This document shows positions 22,490-34,560 of a stretch of 64,000 bases of DNA, piece by piece. The stretch covers positions 394,506,001 through 394,570,000 of the forward strand of contig OZ024740.1 in the NCBI GenBank assembly GCA_964016885.1, given 5' to 3'. This DNA comes from Eledone cirrhosa (Eukaryota). Numbering within the stretch: the first letter of the stretch is position 1; the number at the start of each line of letters is the position of its first letter. The notes under the pieces were generated by a model. It was given only the letters and a program-made list of their open reading frames with translations. It did no database searches and had not been told where the DNA came from. The position numbers were made by a program, and so were the translations under genes.

Positions 22490-23021
22490 TTTTTAGTTTC
22501 AGTTATGGTGTTGGTGGCGTCTGTGGTGTTTGGTGTGGAAGAGTCCATTCTGGGTGAATCCATTTCGATGTCACGAGATAATTTATTTTTTCTTTTGTTT
22601 CTGTTGTCGCTGTGGTGGTGGTGAGTGTGGCGGCTTCAACTCCTGCAGTCATTGGTAATGGCGGGAAATGAATGTCTGCATGAGACAAATTTAAATTATT
22701 GCTACTGCTTATATTTTTAGTGTTGGCAAACGTAGTAATATATACAATGGTGGTGTCGGTGTGAGGTGTTAGTTTGTGAGGAAGGTGTGACTGTGAGTTG
22801 TCCATGATTTTTTTTCAAAGACATTTTTTGTTTGATAATTATAAAAGTTTAAATTTTGGGCTCAAGGCGTCAATCTTTTTTAGTGTCCTTTTCCGAAAGC
22901 AAATTTTGTGATCTTAAAAATAGTTAGCAACAAAAATTTTCCATAAATGGCAATTTTAAACAAACGAAAACAACAAACCTTTGCGGAGCTCACGATAATA
23001 CGATTTCCTACGTAGGTCGCC
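22490..23021 (-). mobile_element. Older 5' fragment of the Tx1 family (5' UTR, uORF, ORF1 start)
   Basis: Alignable to about 6418-6986 with the same 5' terminus against (AAT)n 23022-23066. Confidence 0.88.
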
Positions 23022-23066
<45 letters not shown>

Positions 23067-23780
23067 TTATTGTTATAAGGCTCAAATATTCAAATATTCA
23101 ACTTTGTATTGTACACTGTATATCCAAAAAAAAAAAAAAAAATGGCTATAAATGGAAGAAGAACCCCTCCCCTCCTCTCCTCTGGCTACACTATATAGGA
23201 CAGCTAAACTCACCAACACCAGAAACTAGATACACCACCCACCCCATCATCTGTGTACACTAAACACAACAGCCAGATAACGACACATTTTCACCTTCAC
23301 CGCCACCGCTCACTACGGCCATCATTACCACCACTATCCCATCACCGCCGCCACCACCCCTTGACTCCGCTACAGCACCATCACTACAGTAATACGGTCA
23401 CATCACCGCCACCACTGCCTCGGTATCGACATCACCACCACCACTGTCTCAGTATCGCTAACGCCGCCAGTCTCCCACTTCCCTGCTGGTTGCTACTTCC
23501 ACATTATAGAATTCCTACTACTAACAAAGAGGAAGGCATCAAAATATATAGATAGACCCAAAAGAAAAAAGAAAAAACAAACAACAAAACCAAAGCAGCA
23601 CAGCAACAACAGCAAAAAACGAGAAAAACAAACAGAGAAAAACAAAAACAAAAAAAAGAAACCCCAAAAACGTAAAGAAAATAAGAATGAAGAGAGAAGC
23701 AGGCGGACGGACAGAGAAGAGGGGGGAAAAAGTAAAACTTAAAAAACTAAAACTAAGTCAGACATTCGAACACTACATTA
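23067..23780 (-). other. Unclassified segment; on the - strand it ends AATAAA-(TTA)n like a LINE 3' UTR (alternatively a long R4 leader)
   Basis: tttatt at 23066-23071 abutting (AAT)n; right boundary uncertain. Confidence 0.3.
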
Positions 23781-23799
23781 CAATGAAACTTATGCTTAT

Positions 23800-26700
23800 T
23801 CATTTCTGGGGCCCTTTCTGCCTGTGTGTTTGTTTGTTTATGTGTGTTCGTATACAGCGTGGCGATAATGCCACAAGGGCCAAGTGGGATGGCGGATCCA
23901 CAGATGGCTATGTAAACATACATTCGCCAATCCTCGATAAGAGTGTTTAAATATCGAACATAAACAGTTCGAATAACGGTGAAATGGAGACTAGAACGTC
24001 ATGTGACAGACTCTCACCCAACAGGTGCCCCCTGGCTCAGCAGCAGGAACCTGACTGTCAACCAAATACTGCTGATGTTGGAGGAAGGAGAAGAAGGAAA
24101 GGGGCCAGAACCAACTGGACGAAAGAATTGAATAGAACTGTTATGCAATGCTACCTGAAAAGTAACCCCAAGGAGAGGGGCTACAGGAGACGGATGCATA
24201 ACATCTGGAACGAGATTGGTTTATTTAAATTAGATGAACAAAAATTGGCCGGGCAGGCTCGGGTAATAAGAACTAATGGGTGGATAAGCGAGCTGGAACT
24301 GAAGGAACTGAGCAGAGAGAATGGCTTGGAGATGGCGGGTGTAGTATGCCAGACAAGCGAGCCGGTGGGAAATGAAGGTGAGGAGGTCCTGAGAACGGAG
24401 GAACCACCCGAAGCAGACAATGATCTGAGTACTGAGATAAATAATACCTGGAACAGAGATACGGCCACTGAGGAGATGAATGCTGACGGGCTAGGACAAG
24501 ATTCGGTTGACATCCTAAATTTAGTGGTAGATGAATTGAACAATGATAGTGGGAGACCTATGAACCTAAGATTTGTAGACAGGAAAAAGTTAAAAGAAAC
24601 AACAGCTAAGGTAAACAAAGTCATCCCATACCTTGAGGCGAGGAGCCTTCACCAGTGCAACAATATCCTCAGAGCAACAGCAAATACGGTGAGGAAAATA
24701 CTTGGTATAAAAGCGAGAGGAAACAACAGACAAGAAAGAGCAGAGCCGTGGTGGAAGAAGCGACTGAGTGGGCAAATCGGGGAAATGAGAAATGACATAG
24801 GAAAGCTTGAGTCACTACTGAATGGGACACTAAAAAACATAGGCACTAAAAATAGACTGGAAATAAAATACAAAACTAGGAGTAAAAAGCTAAATATTAT
24901 CATAGAGGAATTGAAGCAACGCATTGTAGCAAAGAGTGCCAAAATCAGGCGATACGAGAACAGAGTCAGTCAGTATAAACAGAACCGCATGTTCGACAAC
25001 AACCAGAAGATGCTGTTTGGACAGCTTGAGGGCAAAGAAAGAGGCAACGACTTGATCCCTGGGGCGGAGCAAACTAAAACATTCTGGAGAGGAATATGGG
25101 AGCAGGATGTTAGACACAATGCCCAGGCAGGGTGGATTGAGACAGTACAGAGGGAGATCGGTGAGCAGGCACAGCAACAGACTGATTTGAGTATCACAGT
25201 TGAAACTCTTAAGGGGCAAGCCAAAAAACTAACCAACTGGAAATCACCAGGCCCAGATGGTGTGCAGGGGTATTGGATTAAACATCTAACATCCCTCCAC
25301 CCGAAGCTGACGGCCATGTTCAATGAATGCTTGGTGTCGGGTGAGGTGCCAGAGTGGTTGACAAAGGGTACCACAGTTCTGATAATGAAAGACCGAATCA
25401 AGGGTAATGATGCTACCAACTATAGACCTATCACATGTCTGCCCGTAATGTGGAAACTGTTGACGAGCATTGTGTCTGAGGAAATCTACCATCACCTCCA
25501 CACAAACAACTTGTTACCGGACGAACAGAAAGGATGCCGAAAGAAGTCACGTGGTACAAAGGACCAGTTGCTTATTGATAAGATGGTAATGGGGAATTGC
25601 AGGAGGAGACACACTGATCTTGCCATGGGATGGATAGACTACAGAAAGGCATTTGACATGGTGCCTCATTCCTGGATCACCAAAAGCCTGGAGATCTTCA
25701 GGGTGGCGGATAACATCAGACAGTTGCTAGGCAGGAGTATGGGGTCCTGGGAGACAGAGTTGACATCAACTGGAGTATCCTTGGGAAGCGTGAAGATCAA
25801 GAGAGGTATCTTCCAGGGAGATAGCCTGTCCCCTCTGTTGTTTGTCCTTGCCCTGATGCCCTTGACCATTATGCTGCGAAAAGTGAGAGCAGGATACAAG
25901 TTGGGAAGGGGAGAGCTTACCATCAATCACCTCCTCTTCATGGACGATCTTAAGCTCTTCGGGAAAAGTGAGAAGGAGTTGGATGTGCTTGTTGACACTG
26001 TCCGTATTTTCAGCAGTGATATATGTATGCAGTTTGGTATTGGTAAATGTGGAGTCATTGTGATGAAGAGGGGTAGGTTGAGCAGAAGTAACGGGATCCA
26101 GATACCAACAGGTGAGATGATAAAGGAAATTGACTCTGAGGAAGGATACAAGTATTTGGGCGTTCTGGAGGCTGATGGCATAAAGAACAAAAAAATGAAG
26201 GAATTGTTAAGAACTGAATACATTCGGAGAGTAAGGAGCGTATTGAAGTCACATCTGAACAGCAGAAATGCCATAAGCGCAGTAAATTCCCGAGCTGTGT
26301 CTATTATTAGGTACAGTGCGGGAATTCTGAGATGGAATGTTGCTGAACAGAAAGAAATGGATAGGAAGACTAGGAAGCTATTGACTATCTACAACATGTT
26401 CCACAAGAGGAGTGATGTCGATAGACTCTACCTAAGGAGATCTGAGGGTGGAAGAGGTCTTATCAGCATAGAGGACTGTGTTCAGATGGAGAAAAACAAC
26501 CTATACAAATACGTGACCTATAGTAAGGAGCCAATGCTCAGAGCTGTACTGAAGGAGGGGACAGTAGGCCAGGGGATGTCCAGGGAGGAAATAACATCAA
26601 GGAGGAAGAGCAGCCTTAAGGGAAAACCCCTTCATAGTACCTTCTTTGAGAAAACTGAATTTAGAGATCCACAGACATGGAACTGGTTGAGAAGAGGAGA

Positions 26701-27486
26701 CCTCAAAAAGGCTACAGAAGGAATGCTAATGGCTGCGCAGGAGCAGGCCCTCAAAACGAAGTGGTTGAAGCACCATATCTACAAGGAGGAGGCCAGCCCA
26801 CTGTGCAGGATCTGTGGAGAGAGAGAGGAGACTGTGGCTCACATTGTGTCCGAGTGTAAACACCTAGCCCAGACCCACTATAAGGGCTGGAGACACGATG
26901 TGATGGGCAGGGTGATCCACTGGCACCTGTGCAAAGTAAACAATCTACCACATTCTGAGAAATGGTATGAGCATAGGCCAGAGGCGGTGATGGAGAACAA
27001 TCAGGTGAAGGTGCTGTGGGATTTTAGGATACAGACGGACAAAAAACTGGAACACAATAGACCTGACCTGGTGGTTGTGGACAAAGAAAAAAGATCGTGC
27101 CTGATTGTGGATGTGGCCTGCCCGTTCGACACGAGAGTGCAAGAGAAGGAGAGGGAGAAAATTAACCGATACCAGGACCTAAAGTGGGAGGTGAAAAGGA
27201 TTTGGAACTGCCATGAAGTCAAAGTGATCCCGATTGTCATAGGCGCACTGGGGACTATCTCCAAACGTTTCCAGGGATGGTTAAAGAAAATCGGCCCCTT
27301 CACGCTTTTTGGAACGCTTCAAAAGGCATGCTTGCTTGGAACAGCAAGAACCCTCCGATACGTCCTGAATATCTGAGGCTGCAGGTAGTGGCTTGATATT
27401 CAATCCAACGGACTTTCCAGTTAACCAACATCAATGACTGAGATTCAAGGAATAACAATAACGATAATAATAATAATAATAATAAT
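23800..27486 (+). mobile_element. R4/Dong-type family A, apparently full-length copy (5' boundary approximate)
   Basis: Single long ORF, about 75-nt 3' UTR, (TAA)n tail. Confidence 0.9.
23984..27376 (+). CDS. R4-type ORF: N-terminal Myb-like region, RT, CCHC, restriction-like endonuclease, 1130 aa, open
   Basis: WTKELN..MQCY..SNPKERGY..RM..IW; PWWKKR; WKSPGPDG; QGDSLSP; FMDD; RPD..DVACP..K. Confidence 0.95.
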   Translation: METRTSCDRLSPNRCPLAQQQEPDCQPNTADVGGRRRRKGARTNWTKELNRTVMQCYLKSNPKERGYRRRMHNIWNEIGLFKLDEQKLAGQARVIRTNGWISELELKELSRENGLEMAGVVCQTSEPVGNEGEEVLRTEEPPEADNDLSTEINNTWNRDTATEEMNADGLGQDSVDILNLVVDELNNDSGRPMNLRFVDRKKLKETTAKVNKVIPYLEARSLHQCNNILRATANTVRKILGIKARGNNRQERAEPWWKKRLSGQIGEMRNDIGKLESLLNGTLKNIGTKNRLEIKYKTRSKKLNIIIEELKQRIVAKSAKIRRYENRVSQYKQNRMFDNNQKMLFGQLEGKERGNDLIPGAEQTKTFWRGIWEQDVRHNAQAGWIETVQREIGEQAQQQTDLSITVETLKGQAKKLTNWKSPGPDGVQGYWIKHLTSLHPKLTAMFNECLVSGEVPEWLTKGTTVLIMKDRIKGNDATNYRPITCLPVMWKLLTSIVSEEIYHHLHTNNLLPDEQKGCRKKSRGTKDQLLIDKMVMGNCRRRHTDLAMGWIDYRKAFDMVPHSWITKSLEIFRVADNIRQLLGRSMGSWETELTSTGVSLGSVKIKRGIFQGDSLSPLLFVLALMPLTIMLRKVRAGYKLGRGELTINHLLFMDDLKLFGKSEKELDVLVDTVRIFSSDICMQFGIGKCGVIVMKRGRLSRSNGIQIPTGEMIKEIDSEEGYKYLGVLEADGIKNKKMKELLRTEYIRRVRSVLKSHLNSRNAISAVNSRAVSIIRYSAGILRWNVAEQKEMDRKTRKLLTIYNMFHKRSDVDRLYLRRSEGGRGLISIEDCVQMEKNNLYKYVTYSKEPMLRAVLKEGTVGQGMSREEITSRRKSSLKGKPLHSTFFEKTEFRDPQTWNWLRRGDLKKATEGMLMAAQEQALKTKWLKHHIYKEEASPLCRICGEREETVAHIVSECKHLAQTHYKGWRHDVMGRVIHWHLCKVNNLPHSEKWYEHRPEAVMENNQVKVLWDFRIQTDKKLEHNRPDLVVVDKEKRSCLIVDVACPFDTRVQEKEREKINRYQDLKWEVKRIWNCHEVKVIPIVIGALGTISKRFQGWLKKIGPFTLFGTLQKACLLGTARTLRYVLNI

Positions 27487-27993
27487 GAGAAATGGTATGA
27501 GCATAGGCCAGAGGCGGTGATGGAGAACAGTCAGGTGAAGGTGCTGTGGGATTTTAGGATACAGACGGACAAAAAACTGGAACACAATAGACCTGACCTG
27601 GTGGTTGTGGACAAAGAAAAAAGATCGTGCCTGATTGTGGATGTGGCCTGCCCGTTCGACACGAGAGTGCAAGAGAAGGAGAGGGAGAAAATTAACCGAT
27701 ACCAGGACCTAAAGTGGGAGGTGAAAAGGATTTGGAACTGCCATGAAGTCAAAGTGATCCCGATTGTCATAGGCGCACTGGGGACTATCTCCAAAGGTTT
27801 CCAGGGATGGTTAAAGAAAATCGGCCCCTTCACGCTTTTTGGAACGCTTCAAAAGGCATGCTTGCTTGGAACAGCAAGAACCCTCCGATACGTCCTGAAT
27901 ATCTGAGGCTGCAGGTAGTGGCTTGATATTTAATCCAACGGACTTTCCAGTTAACCAACATCAATGACTGAGATTCAAGGAATAACAATAACA

Positions 27994-28033
<40 letters not shown>
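27487..28033 (+). mobile_element. 5'-truncated R4 family A copy inserted in the tail of the preceding copy
   Basis: Matches 26957-27450 and has its own (TAA)n tail. Confidence 0.93.
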
Positions 28034-28061
<28 letters not shown>

Positions 28062-28092
28062 AAGAAGAAGAAGAAGAAGAAGAAGAAGAAGA
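28034..28092. repeat. (GAA)n microsatellite
   Basis: Direct reading. Confidence 0.97.
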
Positions 28093-28149
28093 TAGCCATC
28101 ATTTTCAATGTTACAATAACATCAACAACAAAAAATAATTACGATAGGC

Positions 28150-29341
28150 AATAAAAACAGAGAATCTCTAAAGGAATACAACCGTAGCTGTTTCTGCCCT
28201 AGTATACCTGTAAGAGGTAGACCCTCCACCATCAACAACCCAAAACAACCCCCATATAAAGTGAAATGGGTGGACCAGAGGCGTACGGACCTCCGAAAAC
28301 CACGAACAGATGAGAAGAATGATCGTACATGCAGTGGGAGCGAGTATTAAAACTACCCTAAAAGGCCATGTGTTTAAGTTCAATAATAAAACATATGCCC
28401 AAGAGGAAGTGGCGACCATCGGCGTCAGAGTCGCTGGTGATGTGGCCAACAGAGTTAAAGAGCACTTTATCCACCGCCTGCAGTTCTCTGGTTATAACCA
28501 AAGAGACCGGATGAGGGTGTACAAGAGAGCCATAACTAAAATCAAAACCATTATGGAAATTGATATAAGTGGGAATTGCCCACTATACAGGAGCAAATCA
28601 TGGAATGCCGAAGAAAGTACTAAGAAAAAGATAGGGAAGGCCAACTCAGGGTATGACAGTACAAAATGCCAGAGTGTCATATTCATCGATGCTACCCCTA
28701 GAAGCGAACTAGCGTATCGCTTTAGAAGCGCTTCAGGAAAAAAATAAACCTTAGGATTAAAGTAGTAGAAAAACCAGGTGCTACAACATCCCGGATCAGT
28801 AGGACGTACCAATTTAGGAAAAAAAACCTGTACTGATAGAAACTGTATTATTTGTAAGATATGACCACAGATAAACTGTAGAACTAGAAATGTAGTTTAT
28901 AGGATAAGTGTACAGAGGGACGATGCAGAAACAAGACATACATTGGAGAGACAGCCCGTAGTATAGGAGAAAGAGATCAAAGGAACACTGGCGAGAACTT
29001 AAGGAGGAGAAAAATACTATACCAACATTCCAGACTAGATCAGGAGGACTCAATAGATAACATAGAAATAAAGATCCTATCCACACATAGACAAATTACA
29101 GAGGCAACTCACATAATAGAAGATAGCCTAAGCCTGAACAGAAAACACGACTGGAATTGTAACAGTCCACTAGTTAATGACTGAAGACAGAATAAATACA
29201 CAAACAAAATCGTGACACAAACAACATAACAGCAAACTATATAAACGCCCCTACACATAAAAACACGTAGACATGAAAAGCACAAAAACAAACAAACACA
29301 CACACACACACACACAGACACACACACACGAACACACACAT

Positions 29342-29395
<54 letters not shown>

Positions 29396-29653
29396 GCGCG
29401 CGCATTCACAGACACAAAACACACAAAAATGCACCACAAAACATAGACAAGATGGAGTAGAAGTTTATGATGAGGAAAAAGAAGCGGCACAAAACAGATG
29501 CTCATTGAAAAGGTCACAGAAGTTGTGTCGAAAGAACTTTGACAAACAAATGAATAAGGAACAATAAAGATAAAGTGAAAGTCAAATTATGTGGTGCGTG
29601 CGTTTCTTTCTATTGGCAATATTAGCTCACATGACCACCTCCCAAAATAACAT
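28150..29653 (+). mobile_element. Decayed, internally deleted PLE related to the 44-49.5 kb element
   Basis: ORF 28310..28747 aligns to ORF 46791..48383 with the RT catalytic region missing; IGETARS remnant; 3' end matches about 49400-49460; decayed hammerhead 29502-29543. Confidence 0.82.
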
Positions 29654-29670
29654 ATATATATATATACATA

Positions 29671-29712
<42 letters not shown>

Positions 29713-29826
29713 TAAGAGGAATTCCAACTTTGTCTGATTTACTCGTTTTATTTACAATCCTTTAAAATATATATAATGGTATTATAATGAAATAGTATGA
29801 TAGAATATTAAATTCTAAGTGTTAAT

Positions 29827-29865
29827 TGAACAAGTACTTTCATGCTTTCGCAATCTTCAGGTTCA
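29827..29865 (-). ncRNA. Minimal type I hammerhead ribozyme (inverted pLTR copy)
   Basis: Reverse complement of 32954-32992. Confidence 0.78.
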
Positions 29866-30056
29866 TGATATGTGGTGACAGTCGAGTTTGCAATTTTCAA
29901 CTGTAATGAGATGGGTAAATTTCCTACCTTTTATACATTTTATACAGAGAAAAGTGGCTCCAGAATGCAAAGCCCTGTAAACTGTATTACGACCAATCAG
30001 TGTGTAGTTTCACTGAATTACTACAGCTGATTGGTTTAAGCATCACGGCTGGTTGA

Positions 30057-30344
30057 AGAAACTGGACGAAAAAACGATCTAAACCTGAAAGCAAACCTAG
30101 GTCATTTTCCCAGATTGTTAAAAATAATGCTAACAGGAAGAAAAATAATATACAGAATACCAAAAATAGGACAAAATACATAACGAAACCAAATATAATA
30201 TCACGACCAAAAGTTCATCAAGCGAACACCAACAGGAATATAAATCCTGAACAGAGAAAAATTCATTTTTTAACGTCAGGACAACAAAAACCGGAAAAAG
30301 AAAAACTCCAGGAGGAAACATACCCAAAACAGCTGTACACGTAG
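30057..30344 (+). CDS. 3' part of an upstream ORF1 overlapping the RT frame (truncated by the inversion)
   Basis: 95 stop-free codons to TAG at 30342-30344; contains T-TTT-TTA at 30266-30272. Confidence 0.6.
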   Translation, partial: RNWTKKRSKPESKPRSFSQIVKNNANRKKNNIQNTKNRTKYITKPNIISRPKVHQANTNRNINPEQRKIHFLTSGQQKPEKEKLQEETYPKQLYT

Positions 30345-32578
30345 ATCCTAAAATAATTAATTTATCTAAAAGAGATCTTGACAATGATGAAATGCAAATT
30401 CTGTCAAAAGGACTGAAATTCACACCGACTCCAACAGTCAACCACCAAGAACTGAAGGAGGATACCCAAGAATTCTGTCGAAAATTACGTCTTGTAGAAT
30501 TCTTCGCTGATAAAAATAATGAGAGTGATGAATCACTAGTAAAGAATAAATCAAATTTCACTCCGCCAAAAGGAAGAAATATCTATCTCGACCAATACAT
30601 TGACATCCTGTCTAAATTTCCTCTTAGACATAATACTAATGTTAGGCCAAACATTAACAAATCAGAAATGTCTGCACTTAAACGTATACAAAATGATAAA
30701 ACAATAATAATTAAACAAGCAGATAAAGGGGGTGCAGTTGTTATAATGGATACTGAATACTACAAGGATTTGGTTGAGGAACAACTGAAAGACACAACAT
30801 TCTATCATGAAATACCGTCAAATATAGACCACAACATCATGAAGAAGATCAACAACCTGGCTTCAAAATACCACAACTCATTTACTGATAAGGAAAGAGA
30901 CTACATCACCAATTTTGAGCCGAAACCCAGCAACCTGTATGGCCTACCGAAAGTTCACAAGGCAAAAGAAATACAACTGGCAGTAAGAGAACAAAACAGT
31001 GAGTACATTAAATTATTACACCCAAAAGACTTAAAACTTAGACCTATTATAGCTGGTCCAACATGCCCCACTCACCGTCTAAGCAATTTTGTTGACATTA
31101 TTTTGAAACCACTATGTATTCACATACCCAGTTTCATCCGGGATGATATCGACTTCCTGTCCCATCTTCCCAAAACCACGGAAACGAATTCACTTCTACT
31201 CAGTTTTGATGTGGTAAGCCTTTACACCAACATTACACATGATTTAGGAATAAAGGCGGTTAAATACTGGGTGGAAAAACATAGAGAAGTGATTCCCATT
31301 AGATTCACAGCGCCATTTATATTAGACGCAGTTAAACTTATTCTGGAAAACAACACTTTCTTCTTCAATGGAAAGAATTACATCCAAATTAGAGGCACAG
31401 CGATGGGAACGAAGTTTGCTCCCGTTTACGCGAACTCTGTAATGGGATACTTAGAACAACAACTCTACCAAGAAATAGAGGAAAAATATAGTACTGACTT
31501 TAGAAAGTACATTGAAAAATCTTGGAAGAGATACCTTGACGACTGTTTCATCATCTGGACAGAATCTTTAGATACTCTGGATGAGTTCAATATCCTCCTG
31601 AATAACCTACACCCATCTCTCCAATTCACAAAAGAGATGAGTAGGACCAAATTACCATTCCTAGATATAATGATAATCAAAAACGACACCACCATTACCA
31701 CGGATATATATTATAAACACACAGACACCCATCAATATCTGAATTTTAAGTCGTGCCATCCACCTCATACAAAACGCAACATCCCATACTGCCTAGCCAG
31801 AAGAATTTGTACCATTGTAGAAGATACGAATACCAGGTACAAACGCCTAACAGAACTAAGAGAATTTTTGCTCAAACAAAAATACCCATCTCTACTTATA
31901 GAAAATGGCATACAGCGGGCTATAAAAATACCTATACAACAACTTAGAACAACCCAAAGAAGAAGAAACCAAGAACTGGTCATACCATTTATAATGACAC
32001 ACAACCCATGTCACCAGAATATCTTCAACACTGCCAAAGCAAACCTACCGATCATTGCTCAAAGTAATGAATTAAAAGGCTTAATCACAGATCGATCTTT
32101 GACTCTTAGTAAAAGACAGCCAAAAAATTTGAAGCAATTGCTAACAAAAGCAAAGTTTGACCTTAACAACAAAGACCAATCATTCACTGTATCTAAATGC
32201 AATGATAATCGATGCGGCACATGTCAATCCATACACGCCGGTCAATATATGAAAACAAAAACTGGAAAAATATTCACAAATGCAAATATGAACTGCAAAA
32301 GCAGAAATCTAATTTACTGCATTAAATGCCCGAATTGTGAAGAACTATATGTCGGTCAAACTGGAAATGCACTATCGGAACGTGCACGGGTACACCGTCA
32401 ACAAATCAGAGACCCAAATGTCCGTCAGATACCCCTAAGCGGCCACCTGGCAACATGTGGTCAGGGAATATTTATAATATTCCCATTCTACAAATTACAC
32501 AGCCCAAATGAAATCAAGAGAAAAATCAAAGAAAAGAATTTTATTGATAAATTCAAACCCAAGCTAAATGAACAATAA
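30266..32578 (+). CDS. PLE RT + Cys linker + GIY-YIG endonuclease (first ATG at 30392; frame open from 30251)
   Basis: KIINLS, ADKGG, FDVVSLY, GTAMGT, RYLDD, LPFLD, C..RC..C linker, LIY..CPNC..YVGQT..R..H. Confidence 0.93.
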   Translation, partial: FFNVRTTKTGKRKTPGGNIPKTAVHVDPKIINLSKRDLDNDEMQILSKGLKFTPTPTVNHQELKEDTQEFCRKLRLVEFFADKNNESDESLVKNKSNFTPPKGRNIYLDQYIDILSKFPLRHNTNVRPNINKSEMSALKRIQNDKTIIIKQADKGGAVVIMDTEYYKDLVEEQLKDTTFYHEIPSNIDHNIMKKINNLASKYHNSFTDKERDYITNFEPKPSNLYGLPKVHKAKEIQLAVREQNSEYIKLLHPKDLKLRPIIAGPTCPTHRLSNFVDIILKPLCIHIPSFIRDDIDFLSHLPKTTETNSLLLSFDVVSLYTNITHDLGIKAVKYWVEKHREVIPIRFTAPFILDAVKLILENNTFFFNGKNYIQIRGTAMGTKFAPVYANSVMGYLEQQLYQEIEEKYSTDFRKYIEKSWKRYLDDCFIIWTESLDTLDEFNILLNNLHPSLQFTKEMSRTKLPFLDIMIIKNDTTITTDIYYKHTDTHQYLNFKSCHPPHTKRNIPYCLARRICTIVEDTNTRYKRLTELREFLLKQKYPSLLIENGIQRAIKIPIQQLRTTQRRRNQELVIPFIMTHNPCHQNIFNTAKANLPIIAQSNELKGLITDRSLTLSKRQPKNLKQLLTKAKFDLNNKDQSFTVSKCNDNRCGTCQSIHAGQYMKTKTGKIFTNANMNCKSRNLIYCIKCPNCEELYVGQTGNALSERARVHRQQIRDPNVRQIPLSGHLATCGQGIFIIFPFYKLHSPNEIKRKIKEKNFIDKFKPKLNEQ

Positions 32579-32781
32579 TAACGCCTAGGGGTATTACTTC
32601 TACTACCACTATGACCACGACCACTAACAACAACAACAACAACAATAATAATAATAATAAAAGTGATGTTGATGGTGATGATTAATAGAAAATGCTATTT
32701 TCATCATTTCAAAAAAGCAAAACAATTGATACGTTGGATATGACTATTGGTCGTTAGCATGCTCAACCAGCCGTGATGCTT

Positions 32782-32892
32782 AAACCAATCAGCTGTAGTA
32801 ATTCAGTGAAACTACACACTGATTGGTCGTAATACAGTTTACAGGGCTTTGCATTCTGGAGCCACTTTTCTCTGTATAAAATGTATAAAAGG
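32782..32892 (+). promoter_or_regulatory. Putative pLTR promoter: two opposed CCAAT boxes and tandem TATAAAA
   Basis: AACCAATCAG..CTGATTGG then GTATAAAA twice, about 65 nt upstream of the hammerhead. Confidence 0.45.
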
Positions 32893-32953
32893 TAGGAAAT
32901 TTACCCATCTCATTACAGTTGAAAATTGCAAACTCGACTGTCACCACATATCA

Positions 32954-32992
32954 TGAACCTGAAGATTGCGAAAGCATGAAAGTACTTGTTCA
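32954..32992 (+). ncRNA. Minimal type I hammerhead ribozyme in pLTR
   Basis: TGAAC-CTGAAGA-T-TGC-GAAA-GCA-T-GAAA-GTAC-TT-GTTCA; palindromic stem III AGTACT. Confidence 0.78.
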
Positions 32993-33185
32993 ATTAACAC
33001 TTAGAATTTAATATTCTATCATACTATTTCATTATAATACCATTATATATATTTTAAAGGATTGTAAATAAAACGAGTAAATCAGACAAAGTTGGAATTC
33101 CTCTTATTAATATAATCTTCTATACACAATCATACACACCTGTGTATATTTACCTATCTATATCTATATATATATATATATATAC

Positions 33186-34063
<878 letters not shown>

Positions 34064-34560
34064 TGTCAGTGTGTTAGGAAAAGGAAGAGATGTGGTATCA
34101 CATATTCAACATCGCGTTATTCCATTATGTCATCCTGTTATGTCATCCATTATGTCATCGAAGATACAGAAAGATCGTTATTACAGGTTTATACCATACG
34201 TTCTCATCAGACGGGTAGTTCGAATGTAAAGAAAAATAAAGTGTGCTTATGTTGCTCTTTGCCGTGGCAGATGTATTTACATTTAGGCGCTCGGCAAGAA
34301 TATGTCATGAGGTCTCTTGTTTTTCTTAATATTGATACAACGTTAGATACCATACACATAATGCCTTGTGGCAATCGTGACGCCGAGTGCTTCCAGCTGA
34401 TCACAACATTTTTGGTCGATTGATTGGATCAGTCAATACACACACACTATATATATATATGTATATATATACCCCTATTATTTTTTATTAATTTTTTTTA
34501 ATTTCCTTCCCTAACCTTTTATAACTACTCTTTCTTGTATCTGTTCTCTCCCTATCCAAA

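Larger units (their letters stand above)
29709..33155 (+). mobile_element. Neptune-type PLE, 5'-truncated, with inverted pseudo-LTR (29709-30056 vs 32763-33110) and short 3' tail, in (TA)n
   Basis: 348-bp inverted arms identical by eye; RT + GIY-YIG ORF between them. Confidence 0.93.

Noticed and set aside
23905-23990. HDV-like ribozyme in the R4 leader (TCCTCG loop, P2- and P4-like pairings)
   Set aside because: No P3, no GG for P1.1 and no catalytic C in the expected place; kept only as a structured leader
1-28033. Telomeric array or CRISPR-like repeat-spacer interpretation
   Set aside because: Spacers are (AAT)n, not TTAGGG/TTAGG; units are kb-sized retroelements; no cas genes
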